Shown here one piece after another: positions 10,191-19,996 of a DNA stretch of 64,000 bases. The notes below the pieces were generated by a model, which saw only the letters and a list, made by a program, of their open reading frames with translations, made no database searches and had not been told where the DNA came from. The stretch is from the NCBI GenBank assembly GCA_030694425.1, contig JAUXYI010000063.1, positions 57,150 through 121,149 on the forward strand, in the 5' to 3' direction. Position numbers and translations under genes: made by a program. Each line of letters opens with the position of its first letter. Position 1 is the stretch's first letter. This stretch comes from Thermodesulfovibrionia bacterium (GTDB lineage: Bacteria > Nitrospirota > Thermodesulfovibrionia > UBA6902 > BMS3Bbin08).

Positions 10191-11276
10191 ATGGAACTTA
10201 GTCTGGTTTTAAGGGAGATACCGGCAATAAATGAAAAATTCTATGAGACTGCTCAAAAACGTCTTGACAATTTAACCAAACCGCAGGGAAGTTTGGGAAG
10301 GCTTGAGGAATTTGCAAGGAGAATAGTTGCAATTACTGAAAACCCTCTGCCTGTGCTTGATAAGAAAGCAATTTTTACTTTTGCAGGAGACCACGGAGTT
10401 GCCCAAGAAGGCGTGTCTGCTTTTCCAAAAGAAGTCACCAGGCAGATGGTTCTTAATTTTCTGAATGGAGGAGCAGGAATAAATGTCCTCGCAAGGCATG
10501 GAGGAGCAGATGTTGTAGTGGTGGATATAGGAGTTGATTTTGATTTTGTTAATCCCCCTTCACCCCCCTTTGGTAAAGGGGGGATGGGATTTGTTTCAAA
10601 AAAGGTTGTGATGGGGACAAAAAATATAAGAAAAGGTTCTGCTATGACAAGAAATGAGGCAGAAAGGTGTATAGATGTCGGAATAGAATTAGCAAATGAA
10701 TATGCAGAGAGAGGTTATAAAATTTTTGGCACAGGAGACATGGGTATTGCGAATACAACACCCTCAAGCGCCATAGCAGCAGTGTTTACCGGAAAGTTCG
10801 TTGAGAAGGTTACTGGAAGAGGAACAGGAATAAACGATGACTTATGGATGAACAAGGTTCAGGTTATCAAAGACGCAATATCTATAAATAAACCTGATGT
10901 CTCAGACCCTATTGATGTACTTTCAAAAGTAGGCGGTGCGGAGATAGGCGGTATTGCTGGGTTGATTATAGGTGCTGCAGCAAACAGGATTCCAGTAGTT
11001 ATAGACGGTTTTATATCAACCGCAGGAGCGCTTATAGCGTATGCAATTGAACCAAAGACAAGAGACTATATGTTTGCAGCACATAATTCTCAGGAAATAG
11101 GACACAAGGCAATGCTTGATTACATAGGTCTAAAACCCATACTTGACCTTGAGTTAAGACTCGGCGAAGGGACAGGCGCTGCACTTGCGATGCTGATTAT
11201 TGAGGCAGGGGTAAAGATTTATAAGGAGATGGCAACTTTTGGAGAGGCAGGGGTAGCGACAAAAGATCATAAATAA
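10191..11276 (+). CDS. cobT: nicotinate-nucleotide--dimethylbenzimidazole phosphoribosyltransferase
   Basis: Full-length CobT pattern. In-frame C/G hairpin insertion at 10550-10595 ([12 protein letters not shown]). Confidence 0.9.
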   Translation: MELSLVLREIPAINEKFYETAQKRLDNLTKPQGSLGRLEEFARRIVAITENPLPVLDKKAIFTFAGDHGVAQEGVSAFPKEVTRQMVLNFLNGGAGINVLARHGGADVVVVDIGVDFDFVNPPSPPFGKGGMGFVSKKVVMGTKNIRKGSAMTRNEAERCIDVGIELANEYAERGYKIFGTGDMGIANTTPSSAIAAVFTGKFVEKVTGRGTGINDDLWMNKVQVIKDAISINKPDVSDPIDVLSKVGGAEIGGIAGLIIGAAANRIPVVIDGFISTAGALIAYAIEPKTRDYMFAAHNSQEIGHKAMLDYIGLKPILDLELRLGEGTGAALAMLIIEAGVKIYKEMATFGEAGVATKDHK

Positions 11277-11277
11277 G

Positions 11278-11300
11278 AACACAGAGCACAGAACACAGAC
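11278..11300. repeat. (CAGAACA)-type heptamer array, left inverted arm of IVS-protein cassette
   Basis: GAACACAGAGCACAGAACACAGAC. Its reverse complement is present at 11661-11693. Confidence 0.6.
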
Positions 11301-11313
11301 GAAGAGAATTAAA

Positions 11314-11661
11314 ATGCATAATTTTAGAAAACTTAAAATTTATCAAAAGGCAATTAATTTTGCTGTTGAGATATATAGACTTACAAAATCTTTTCCAAAA
11401 GACGAACTTTTTGGATTGACTAATCAACTTAGAAGAGCAGTAACATCTATCTCTTTAAATATTGCGGAGGGGAGTAGGAATAAATCAAGCAAAGAATTTA
11501 GACGATATTTAGAAATCTCTTTAAGATCAACTTATGAAGTAATGACATGTCTTGAGATTGCATTACGATTAAATTATTGCAAAGGGGAGGATTTTAAAAG
11601 ACTGATTGCAGAATCAGATGAAATAGCTGCAATGATAGTAGGTTTTTCTAAACAGCTTTAG
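11314..11661 (+). CDS. four-helix-bundle protein (23S rRNA intervening-sequence protein family)
   Basis: Sequence pattern ...KSFPKDELFGLTNQLRRAVTSISLNIAEG... is typical of the IVS four-helix-bundle family. Flanked by inverted heptamer arrays. Confidence 0.75.
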   Translation: MHNFRKLKIYQKAINFAVEIYRLTKSFPKDELFGLTNQLRRAVTSISLNIAEGSRNKSSKEFRRYLEISLRSTYEVMTCLEIALRLNYCKGEDFKRLIAESDEIAAMIVGFSKQL

Positions 11662-11693
11662 TCTGCATTCTGTATTCTGTGCTCTGTGTTCTG
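11661..11693. repeat. (TGTTCTG)-type heptamer array, right inverted arm of IVS-protein cassette
   Basis: GTCTGCATTCTGTATTCTGTGCTCTGTGTTCTG is the reverse complement of the 11278 arm. Confidence 0.6.
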
Positions 11694-12475
11694 ATGAGAA
11701 AGATTTTACTCGCATTCCAGTTTTTGACAATTATTCCTGTAAAGGAGATGAAAGATGTCTCTGAGAAAGAGATAGGGGGCGCTTCTGCTTTCTTTCCTTT
11801 AATAGGCTGGATTCAGGGGGCTTTATTTGTGGTATCAGCGGTTTTATTCTTAAAGATTTTCCCTCCAGAATTGGTAAATGGACTTCTTATCCTTGTAATT
11901 GTTACAACCAGCGGCGGTCTTCACCTTGACGGGCTTGCAGATACCTTTGATGCAGTTGCCTCAAAAGGAGATAGGGAAAAGAAGCTTTCTGTTATGAAAG
12001 ACAGCACAATCGGCCCTGTAGGTGTAATTGCGATAGTTCTGGCATTGCTTCTTAAATTCCTTGCCTTGAATAGTCTTTTTCACTATTCACTATTCACTAT
12101 TCACTATTTCTGATGCCTGTTTTTTCGCGATGGGTAATGGTTACAGCAATTTTTCACGGTAAATCAGCAAGACAGGACGGCATTGGAAAGATATTTATTG
12201 AAAATACAAAATTAAAGGAATTAGTGATAGCGACCCTGTTAGTTATTGGCTGCTGGTTATTAGTTGTTAGCTTCTTATTGTCTTCACTATTCACTATTCA
12301 CTATTCACTGTTTTTAGTGTCTATACCTGTACTTTACATCTTCAGTCTCGTATCAGTTTGGTTCTGCAATAAAAAATTTGGCGGTATGACAGGAGATACA
12401 TTCGGGGCGGTTTCCGAAATTTCAGAGATATTATTTTTGATAATGGCGGTAATATGCTCACAAGACTTTATTTAA
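11679..12475 (+). pseudogene. cobS: adenosylcobinamide-GDP ribazoletransferase (cobalamin synthase), split by a frameshift inside a (CACTATT)x4 tract at 12081-12108
   Basis: ORFs 11679..12113 and 12113..12475 together cover the full CobS homology (GLHLDGLADT...MKDS.IG then SRW...GGMTGD). The frame changes exactly within the heptamer array. A 5-copy or 2-copy array would restore the frame. Confidence 0.7.
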
Positions 12476-13209
12476 TAAGACACGGGGAAACAGAGGGCGG
12501 ACAACTAAACCGCTATAAAGGGCATATAGACGTGCCTCTTTCTGAGAATGGTATTAAGCAGATGGAACAGTTATCAGAATATATACGACAGAACACAGAA
12601 CATAGAACACAGAACATAGATAACCCCCCCATCCCCCCCTTAAATAAGGGGGGGCAAAGGGGGGTTACATCCGTTTACTGTTCTGATTTAAGCCGTGCTC
12701 TAAAAAGCGCTGAGATTATTGCTAAGCCGCATAAATTAAGGCCTATTGTTATGCCTGAGCTGAGAGAGCGTAATTTCGGCATATGGGAAGGCATGACATT
12801 TAATGAGATAAAGGAAAAATATCCGCAGGAATTTGATGCATGGGTGAGTAATCCTTTAAAATTCAGTCCCGTACAGGGAGAGAGCACTATTGAGGTAAGA
12901 GATAGGGTTTTAACTGCCTTAGATAAGATATTAAATAGTTTTAGGATTCAAGGGGTCAAGGAGTCAAGTGAAAAAATAAAAAATGCACTGGAACCCTCGA
13001 ACCCTCAAACCCTCGAACCCTTTTCTGTTGAAAATGTTGCCATCGTCTCCCACGGTGGAGTAAACAGAGTAATATTATGTCATTTCCTTGAAATACCTTT
13101 TGAGAATATATTCGGGATTGAGCAGGACTTTGGAGCGCTTAATATTGTTGAATTTCATGATAATTATCCGGTGGTGAAACTGATTAATTTTACTTGTCAC
13201 CCTGAGTGA
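12454..13209 (+). CDS. cobC: alpha-ribazole phosphatase (histidine phosphatase family)
   Basis: LYLIRHGETE motif. Two in-frame insertions (12590-12665 and 12985-13025). Confidence 0.8.
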   Translation: MLTRLYLIRHGETEGGQLNRYKGHIDVPLSENGIKQMEQLSEYIRQNTEHRTQNIDNPPIPPLNKGGQRGVTSVYCSDLSRALKSAEIIAKPHKLRPIVMPELRERNFGIWEGMTFNEIKEKYPQEFDAWVSNPLKFSPVQGESTIEVRDRVLTALDKILNSFRIQGVKESSEKIKNALEPSNPQTLEPFSVENVAIVSHGGVNRVILCHFLEIPFENIFGIEQDFGALNIVEFHDNYPVVKLINFTCHPE

Positions 13210-13268
13210 AACGAAGGGTCTCGTTTTCTTGAGATTCTTCCCCCGAACTGTCGGGGTCAGAATGACAA

Positions 13269-14903
13269 ATGGAGGCTTTATTGTCTAAGGCATTAATGAT
13301 ACAGGGAACAGGTTCTGGTGCTGGTAAAAGTGTCATTGTCGCGGGCATATGCAGGATATTCAGAGATATGGGAATTAAAGTAGCACCTTTTAAGGCACAG
13401 AATATGGCGCTGAATTCATTCATTACAAAAGAAGGCGGTGAAATAGGCCGGGCACAGGCATTCCAAGCAGAGGCCGCAGGCATTGAACCTTTTAATGACA
13501 TAAATCCGATATTGCTCAAGGCAACAGGAGAATCTGGATGTCAGGTGATTTTAAACGGCAAGGTTTATGGGAATATGACTGCAATTGATTATTACGCTTT
13601 TAAAGATACAGCTTGGAAGGCAGTCACATCTGCTTATGACAAACTTTCACAAAATTACGATGTTATTGTGATTGAAGGTGCTGGCAGTCCCGCAGAAATT
13701 AATCTGCAGAAAGAAGAAATAGTAAATATGAGTGTAGCACGTTATACAGGCGCGCCTGTTATCCTCGTCGGAGATATTGATAAAGGAGGTGTTTTTGCAT
13801 CTTTTTACGGGACCATAGGCCTACTTGATGGCGATGCTGATTACATAAAGGCATTCATTGTGAACAAATTCAGAGGGGATATAGGAATACTCCGCCCCGG
13901 TCTGAGGATGATAGAAAACAAAACAGGCAGGCCTGTTATAGGCGTGATTAATTATTTTGGAGACCTCGGACTCCATGAGGAAGATGCAATACCAATTGAA
14001 CGGCTTATCCCGAAACGTCGGGATGAACCGTTTAAAGCGATAAAGATTGTAGTTTTGAGATTAAGATATATAGCAAACTTCACAGATTTCGACCCTTTCA
14101 TGTATGAGCCTGGGGTTGAACTTAAATACTCATTAAGGGAAGAGGATATTAACAATGCAGACCTTATCATTATCCCTGGCTCAAAGAATACTGTAAGTGA
14201 TTTATTGTTCTTGAGACAAAATGGTATAGAAGAGTGTGTAAAGTTAGCGGTTAATAAAGGAATCCCCCTTATTGGAATTTGCGGTGGATATCAAATGCTC
14301 GGAAAGAAAATTTTTGATCCTTACAACATAGAAAGCAGTGAGAAAGAAGTAGAAGGCATGGGATTTCTTGATATTGTTACAAGCATTGAAAAGACAAAGA
14401 CTACGTATCAGGTAGAGGCAGAACTTATAAATGGTTCAAAATTGTTTAATGTTGTTCAAGATAGTTCAAACGATGGTTTTAAGAATTTAAAAGGCTACGA
14501 GATCCATATGGGAGTAACTACAGGTGATATTGGTTTATTTAGATTATATAGATACCAGAACACAGGACTCAGAGCACAGAGCACAGAAAATCCCCCCTCA
14601 CCCCCCTTTAACAAAGGGGAGCTGGGGGGATTTGAAGTCCTTGACGGATCAATGAAAGGCAATGTCTGGGGGATTTACATACATGGGCTGTTTGACAATG
14701 ATAGTTTCAGGACTGCGCTGCTTAACTCATTGAGATACAGAAAAGGATTACCGCCTATTAAGGGAACAATCAACTATTTTGAACTCAAAGAAAATGCAAT
14801 AGACAAATGGGCAGATGTTTTAAGAAGCAGTGTTGATATATGTTTTATTTTGAGGCTACTGGATATGGAATATTGCAAGGAGCATCTAATCAGAGGTATT
14901 TAA
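13269..14903 (+). CDS. cobQ: cobyric acid synthase
   Basis: N-terminal ATPase plus C-terminal GATase domain. In-frame insertions at about 13990 and 14555-14640. Confidence 0.9.
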   Translation: MEALLSKALMIQGTGSGAGKSVIVAGICRIFRDMGIKVAPFKAQNMALNSFITKEGGEIGRAQAFQAEAAGIEPFNDINPILLKATGESGCQVILNGKVYGNMTAIDYYAFKDTAWKAVTSAYDKLSQNYDVIVIEGAGSPAEINLQKEEIVNMSVARYTGAPVILVGDIDKGGVFASFYGTIGLLDGDADYIKAFIVNKFRGDIGILRPGLRMIENKTGRPVIGVINYFGDLGLHEEDAIPIERLIPKRRDEPFKAIKIVVLRLRYIANFTDFDPFMYEPGVELKYSLREEDINNADLIIIPGSKNTVSDLLFLRQNGIEECVKLAVNKGIPLIGICGGYQMLGKKIFDPYNIESSEKEVEGMGFLDIVTSIEKTKTTYQVEAELINGSKLFNVVQDSSNDGFKNLKGYEIHMGVTTGDIGLFRLYRYQNTGLRAQSTENPPSPPFNKGELGGFEVLDGSMKGNVWGIYIHGLFDNDSFRTALLNSLRYRKGLPPIKGTINYFELKENAIDKWADVLRSSVDICFILRLLDMEYCKEHLIRGI

Positions 14904-16018
14904 TGATAGAATCAGCCACACTTACATTAGCATATTTCTTAGATCTGGCAATAGGCGACCCGAGATGGCTTCCCCATCCCGTAAGGATTACGGGAAAGGC
15001 TATAACAAAAACTGAAAATTTCTTAAGACGCATAATACAGAATACAAAACACAGAACACAGCCTGCCCCGCTTTGCGGCCTGCCCTGCTTCGCCGAGCGA
15101 GGACAGGGAGCAAGGCCGGGGAACATAGATAACCCCCCAACCCCCCCCATAGCAAAGGGGGGTGAGGGGGGATTTGAAAAACTGGCTGGGATTTTCCTTG
15201 TTTTAATTATAGTAGGATCCACTTATGGATTATTTTTTGTTATTAATTTACTTCTCACTTCTCACTTCTCACTTCTCACTTTTATTTTCCTTGTCTATCT
15301 CATCTCCACTACGCTTGCAACGCATGAGCTTCTGAAATCAGCGCATTCAGTGATTAATGCCTTAAAAGCTGACCATATTGATAATGCAAGAAGAAATCTC
15401 AGTTTCATAGTTGGCAGAGATACTACTCAACTCAGCCGAAAAGACGTATTAAAGGCAACAGTTGAAACCCTTGCTGAAAATGCCTCTGATGGTATAATTG
15501 CCCCTCTTTTTTATTTCTCAATCGGCGGTTTGCCTCTTGCGATGGCGTATAAGGCAATAAACACCCTTGATTCAATGGTTGGATATAAAAATGAAAAATA
15601 TAAAGATTTTGGATGGGCATCAGCACGTCTTGATGACTCCGCAAATTATATACCGGCAAGGATAACAGGAATCCTTATTGTTATTTCATCTGCTATCGTA
15701 TCCCGTTCACTGTTCACTGTTCACTGTTCACTGTCTACAATGCTCCGTGATGGTAGAAATCACTTAAGCCCAAATAGCGGAGTTCCCGAGGCAGCAATGG
15801 CAGGCGCACTCGGCATAAGACTTGGAGGATCATCAAGGTATGGAGGAATAATCGTAGATAAACCATATATTGGGGAGAAAAGACAGATGGATAGAACACA
15901 GAGCACAGACGAAATACATTTAGAAGCTTCTATGAAAGCTGTTACGATTATAAAGGTCACATCTTTTCTTGGATTAGTTAGTGCATTGGCGATTTTATAT
16001 TTGAGGAATAATTTATGA
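14903..16018 (+). CDS. cbiB: adenosylcobinamide-phosphate synthase
   Basis: CbiB/CobD membrane-protein pattern. ATG at 14903 overlaps the cobQ stop (TAATG). Three in-frame insertions. Confidence 0.8.
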   Translation: MIESATLTLAYFLDLAIGDPRWLPHPVRITGKAITKTENFLRRIIQNTKHRTQPAPLCGLPCFAERGQGARPGNIDNPPTPPIAKGGEGGFEKLAGIFLVLIIVGSTYGLFFVINLLLTSHFSLLTFIFLVYLISTTLATHELLKSAHSVINALKADHIDNARRNLSFIVGRDTTQLSRKDVLKATVETLAENASDGIIAPLFYFSIGGLPLAMAYKAINTLDSMVGYKNEKYKDFGWASARLDDSANYIPARITGILIVISSAIVSRSLFTVHCSLSTMLRDGRNHLSPNSGVPEAAMAGALGIRLGGSSRYGGIIVDKPYIGEKRQMDRTQSTDEIHLEASMKAVTIIKVTSFLGLVSALAILYLRNNL

Positions 16019-17271
16019 AAGTACAGAACTCAGAATATAGAATTCAGAATATAGACAAAGCTCCCCTCCCCCTCGCCCCCTCCCGCAAGGGGAGGGGGGT
16101 TAATTTGACACCCTCCCCATTGAAGGGGGAGGGTAAGAGAGGGGGTGATAGTCTGGGTTCTGGGTTCTGTATTCTGAGTTCTGATACAAGTCATGGTGGT
16201 AATATTTACAGGCTTGCAGAGGAACTCGGGTTGCCTGAAAGTAAAATCATTGATTTCAGTGCCTCTATCAATCCCCTCGGTGTTTCAAAAAGAGTGGGGG
16301 ACAAGATTAAAAAAGGGCTGAAAGATTTGTCTCACTATCCAGACCCTGATACCAAAGAATTGAGAGGGAAAATCGCACAATACCATGATATAGAACCAGA
16401 GACGCTACTCTGCGGCAACGGAAGCACCGAATTAATCTATCTTGTACCGAGGGCATTCAAACCTGAAAAGGTTCTTATACCTTCACCTACATTTTCAGAA
16501 TATGAAAGGGCATGCAACTTCAGTAACGAGTTACGAGTTACGAGTTACGAGTTACGGGAAAAAAATAATTTTGATATAAACACAGATACATTTATTCAAA
16601 CTATGGACAAACTTGTCACTCGTCACTCGTCACTTGTCACTGCTGTTATGGCGTTTTTGTGTAATCCGAACAACCCTACAGGAAGGCTTATGAAGAAAGA
16701 AGAAGTATTAAAGATTGCAGAAGCTGCGAAGAAATTAAAATGTCTTTTGATAGTTGATGAGGCTTTTATTGATTTTCATCCAGAGGAATCTGTGATTAAA
16801 GACACTCATGATAATCCTTATTTGATAGTTTTACGGTCAATGACAAAGTTTTATGCACTCACAGGGTTAAGAGTCGGTTATGGGGTCTTCCCCTCTTACC
16901 TCATCAACAAACTAAAAGAATTTAAAGAGCCTTGGACCGTAAATACACTGGCTCAAAAAGCAGCAATGGCAGCACTCGGAGACAATGAATATATAGGTAA
17001 GACCCTCCGGTTAATTAAGAGTGAAAAAGATTTTCTTGAAGGAAGTTTCAGAAAAATAGGTATTGAGTTTTTTCCATCAGATGCCAATTTTTATCTTTTG
17101 AAATTCAATAATGCAAATGAGATAATTCTCTCTCTCCTCAAAAAGGGCATTCTTGTTAGGGATTGCTCAAACTTTAAGGGACTTAATGGGTCATATATCA
17201 GGATTGCAGTCAAATCAAGGGAAGACAATATGCAATTGCTGGAGGAGCTATCTTTATGGCAAAAGGCTTAG
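16015..17271 (+). CDS. cobD: L-threonine-O-3-phosphate decarboxylase (class I/II aminotransferase fold)
   Basis: HGGNIY start motif and PLP-lysine region. The true start may be downstream of the composite repeat. Confidence 0.8.
   Translation: MKVQNSEYRIQNIDKAPLPLAPSRKGRGVNLTPSPLKGEGKRGGDSLGSGFCILSSDTSHGGNIYRLAEELGLPESKIIDFSASINPLGVSKRVGDKIKKGLKDLSHYPDPDTKELRGKIAQYHDIEPETLLCGNGSTELIYLVPRAFKPEKVLIPSPTFSEYERACNFSNELRVTSYELREKNNFDINTDTFIQTMDKLVTRHSSLVTAVMAFLCNPNNPTGRLMKKEEVLKIAEAAKKLKCLLIVDEAFIDFHPEESVIKDTHDNPYLIVLRSMTKFYALTGLRVGYGVFPSYLINKLKEFKEPWTVNTLAQKAAMAALGDNEYIGKTLRLIKSEKDFLEGSFRKIGIEFFPSDANFYLLKFNNANEIILSLLKKGILVRDCSNFKGLNGSYIRIAVKSREDNMQLLEELSLWQKA
16024..16183. mobile_element. composite MITE-like element: inverted (CAGAAYA)n arms flanking two C-rich/G-rich hairpins
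   Basis: Left arm 16024-16056, right arm 16151-16183. Interior is CCCCTCCCCC...GGGGAGGGGGG. Lies in frame at the annotated N-terminus of cobD. Confidence 0.5.
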
Positions 17272-18701
17272 TCATAGCAGGCACACACAGCGGCTGCGGC
17301 AAAACAACCGTGACTCTCGGCATTCTCGCTGCCTTAAAGAAAAAGGGATTGCGTGTGCAGTCATTCAAGGCAGGCCCTGATTTTATAGACTCAGGTCTTC
17401 ACAGACTTATTACAGGCAGGCATTCAAGAAACCTTGATTTGTGGATGTGCGGAGAAGATTATGTCAGTGATTGTTTTTACAGGCATTCCATGGATGCCGA
17501 TATATCGGTGGTGGAAGGGGTTATGGGGCTGTATGACGGGGAATTCAGCACTGCAAGGCTTTCAAGCGTGTTAAACCTGCCTGTTATCCTTGTTGTTGAT
17601 GCCTATGGAATGGCAGAGAGCGCGGGCGCGGTGGTTAAAGGATTTGTCAAATACAGTGACCAGATACAAGTAACGAGTAACGAGTTAAAGAATAAAAAAT
17701 ATTCCGAAGACTCATCACTCGTCACTTGTCACTTATCACTTAATTGGTTAGGTGTTATCTTTAACCGCGTGGCATCTGAGAAACATTATAAACGTCTGAA
17801 AGATAGTGTTCATAACATTTCTGTGTTTGGCTATCTCCCGCGGGAGCTGGATTTTGAAATTCCTCACAGGCATCTCGGGTTAACCGTTGCAGAGGAAAAT
17901 CCCATCACGGTAGAGAACATAGAAAAACTTGCAGATACGGTTTTGAAGTATATAGATGTTGAGACCATAATTCAAAAGACAGGAGACAGGGCACAGAAAA
18001 CAGACAAAGGGGAAAATAGTCTGTCATCTGTGTTCTGTGCCCGGTCTCCTGAAGTTAAAATTGCCGTAGCCTGTGACAGGACATTCTGCTTTTATTACGA
18101 GGATAATCTGGATTTATTAAAAGATGCAGGGGCAGGGATAATAACATTCAGCCTTATTTCTGATACCAAAATTCCTGATAATGTTGATGCCTTATACATT
18201 GGAGGGGGATATCCAGAATTATATGCAAAGGAACTGTCTGAAAATGCATCAATGCTAAAATCCATTAGCGATTGGGCTAATTCATGGAAACCAATATACG
18301 CTGAATGCGGAGGGCTGATGTATCTCTCAAGAGGGATTTATGATTTTGAAGGAAACTTCCACAGAATGGCGCAGGTATTCCCTTTTGAGACGGTTATGAA
18401 AAAAGACAAGGTAAATCTCGGGTATAGAGAAATAAGACTGCTCACTGACTCTATTCTGGGGATACAAGGTGATGTTCTACGGGGCCACGAATTTCACTAT
18501 TCAGAGATAACAGACAGAGCACAGAACACAGAACACAGAACACAGACAAAAAAGATTTACTCAATGAAAGATAACAAGAACTATAATCTTTATAACGAAG
18601 GATACAGATTTAAAAACACTCTTGCAAGTTATGTGCACGTGCATTTCGGTTCAAACCTTAATATTGCCAAAAACTTCGTAAATTTTCTCAGGGAGGCATA
18701 A
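17256..18701 (+). CDS. cbiA: cobyrinic acid a,c-diamide synthase
   Basis: CbiA/CobB pattern. Two in-frame insertions. Confidence 0.9.
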   Translation: MAKGLVIAGTHSGCGKTTVTLGILAALKKKGLRVQSFKAGPDFIDSGLHRLITGRHSRNLDLWMCGEDYVSDCFYRHSMDADISVVEGVMGLYDGEFSTARLSSVLNLPVILVVDAYGMAESAGAVVKGFVKYSDQIQVTSNELKNKKYSEDSSLVTCHLSLNWLGVIFNRVASEKHYKRLKDSVHNISVFGYLPRELDFEIPHRHLGLTVAEENPITVENIEKLADTVLKYIDVETIIQKTGDRAQKTDKGENSLSSVFCARSPEVKIAVACDRTFCFYYEDNLDLLKDAGAGIITFSLISDTKIPDNVDALYIGGGYPELYAKELSENASMLKSISDWANSWKPIYAECGGLMYLSRGIYDFEGNFHRMAQVFPFETVMKKDKVNLGYREIRLLTDSILGIQGDVLRGHEFHYSEITDRAQNTEHRTQTKKIYSMKDNKNYNLYNEGYRFKNTLASYVHVHFGSNLNIAKNFVNFLREA

Positions 18702-19771
18702 TGGATGCAATACTTCTTATAGGACATGGAAGCAGGCTGTCAGAGGCAAACAATGCGCTTAAACAGGTTGCTTCTATGGTGAAAGATTTAGGAAACGTTC
18801 CTTTGGTTGAAACAGCATTTTTACAGTTTGCAAAGCCTGATTTTTTTGAGGCTGTCTCTACATGCGTTTCAAGCGGAGCCAGGAAGATAATTGTACACCC
18901 CTATTTCCTTTATAAAGGGAGGCACTTTGAGGAAGACCTTACTGAAATGGTTGGTAAAGCACGGAAAAGATATTCAGATATTGAGTTTATCCTTACAGAA
19001 CCCCTCGGTGTACACGAAAACATCGCAAAGGTTGTCCTTGAAAGGTCAATGAAAGACATCAAACCAGTGAAAATACTTAAACCGCATGAGATAGAGGAGA
19101 AGAGTTTTGAGATAATCACCAGAGAGATGGGGAAGACAGACTTCAGGGATATTGAGACGCCGATAGTAAAAAGGGTGATACATGCAACGGGAGATTTTGA
19201 CTTTGCCAAAAACATGCGTTTTCACTCTGATGCAGTGGAGGTAGGAATTAAAGCAATAAAAAAGGGAATGGATATTCTGGTGGACGTAAAAATGGTTGAG
19301 GCGGGGATAAACAAGAGATTACTTCAGAAATGGAGAGGGAAAGTCATATGTAAAATTCAGAACACAGAACACAGACTACAGACTACAGATAACCCCCCCA
19401 TCCCACCCTTAAATAAGGGGGGGATGGGGGGGGTTACAGAAAGGGGGGGTGAGGGGGAATTTGAGACCGATACCCAAACGAGAGCGGAACAGGGAATTGA
19501 ATCAGCAGTTAAAGAAAACAATAACATCGGCATTGTTGCAATAGGTAATGCACCTACAGCTCTCTACAGGACAATGAAGTTAATAAGAGATAATGGTTTT
19601 AACCCTGAGCTTGTGGTAGGCGTGCCTGTCGGTTTTGTCAAGGCAGTTGAATCAAAAGAGGTTCTTTTGCATATGGAATATCCTTTTATAACATCACTGG
19701 GAAGAAAGGGTGGAAGTACAGTTGCAGCGGCAATTGTAAATGCATTATTGAAAATAGCGGAAGGGGGGTGA
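18701..19771 (+). CDS. cbiXC: fusion of sirohydrochlorin cobaltochelatase (CbiX small type) with precorrin-8X methylmutase (CbiC)
   Basis: N-terminal 125 aa is CbiX-like (ILLIGHGSR). The remainder is CbiC (HATGDFDF...GNAPTALY). In-frame insertion at 19355-19470. Confidence 0.7.
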   Translation: MDAILLIGHGSRLSEANNALKQVASMVKDLGNVPLVETAFLQFAKPDFFEAVSTCVSSGARKIIVHPYFLYKGRHFEEDLTEMVGKARKRYSDIEFILTEPLGVHENIAKVVLERSMKDIKPVKILKPHEIEEKSFEIITREMGKTDFRDIETPIVKRVIHATGDFDFAKNMRFHSDAVEVGIKAIKKGMDILVDVKMVEAGINKRLLQKWRGKVICKIQNTEHRLQTTDNPPIPPLNKGGMGGVTERGGEGEFETDTQTRAEQGIESAVKENNNIGIVAIGNAPTALYRTMKLIRDNGFNPELVVGVPVGFVKAVESKEVLLHMEYPFITSLGRKGGSTVAAAIVNALLKIAEGG

Positions 19772-19829
19772 TAAATAAAAAGTTCAAAAATGGGAAGTAA
19801 GAAGCAGAAATAAAAAAATCAAGGGAATA

Positions 19830-19980
19830 AAAACGAGGAAAGGGGTGAGAATCCCCTGCTGTCCCGCAGCCGTAAAGGGAACGAAAACCCAACAGAAGTC
19901 ACTGTGCCGAATCTTCGACATGGGAAGACGGGTAAGTAGGCAGCCCTGAGCCGGAAGACCGTTTGTTCCCGCAACCTCGA
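19830..19980 (+). promoter_or_regulatory. cobalamin riboswitch (variant)
   Basis: GTGAGAATCC, CCCGCAGCCGTAAAGGGAA, GTCACTGTGCC, GGGAAGACGG, GCCGGAAGACCG. Upstream of the outer-membrane protein / cbiMNQO block. Confidence 0.55.
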
Positions 19981-19996
19981 CGGAAGGAGAAAAAAA

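Noticed and set aside
12580-12670. Heptamer arrays considered as CRISPR or as intein/intron insertions
   Set aside because: Units are 7 nt with no spacers, so not CRISPR. Inserts are 7-40 codons without intein splicing motifs (no Cys/Ser...HN). They lack group I/II intron structure and keep the frame, so they are read as in-frame repeat insertions.
17153-17380. 75-aa ORF overlapping the cobD/cbiA junction
   Set aside because: An out-of-frame overlap of two strongly supported genes.
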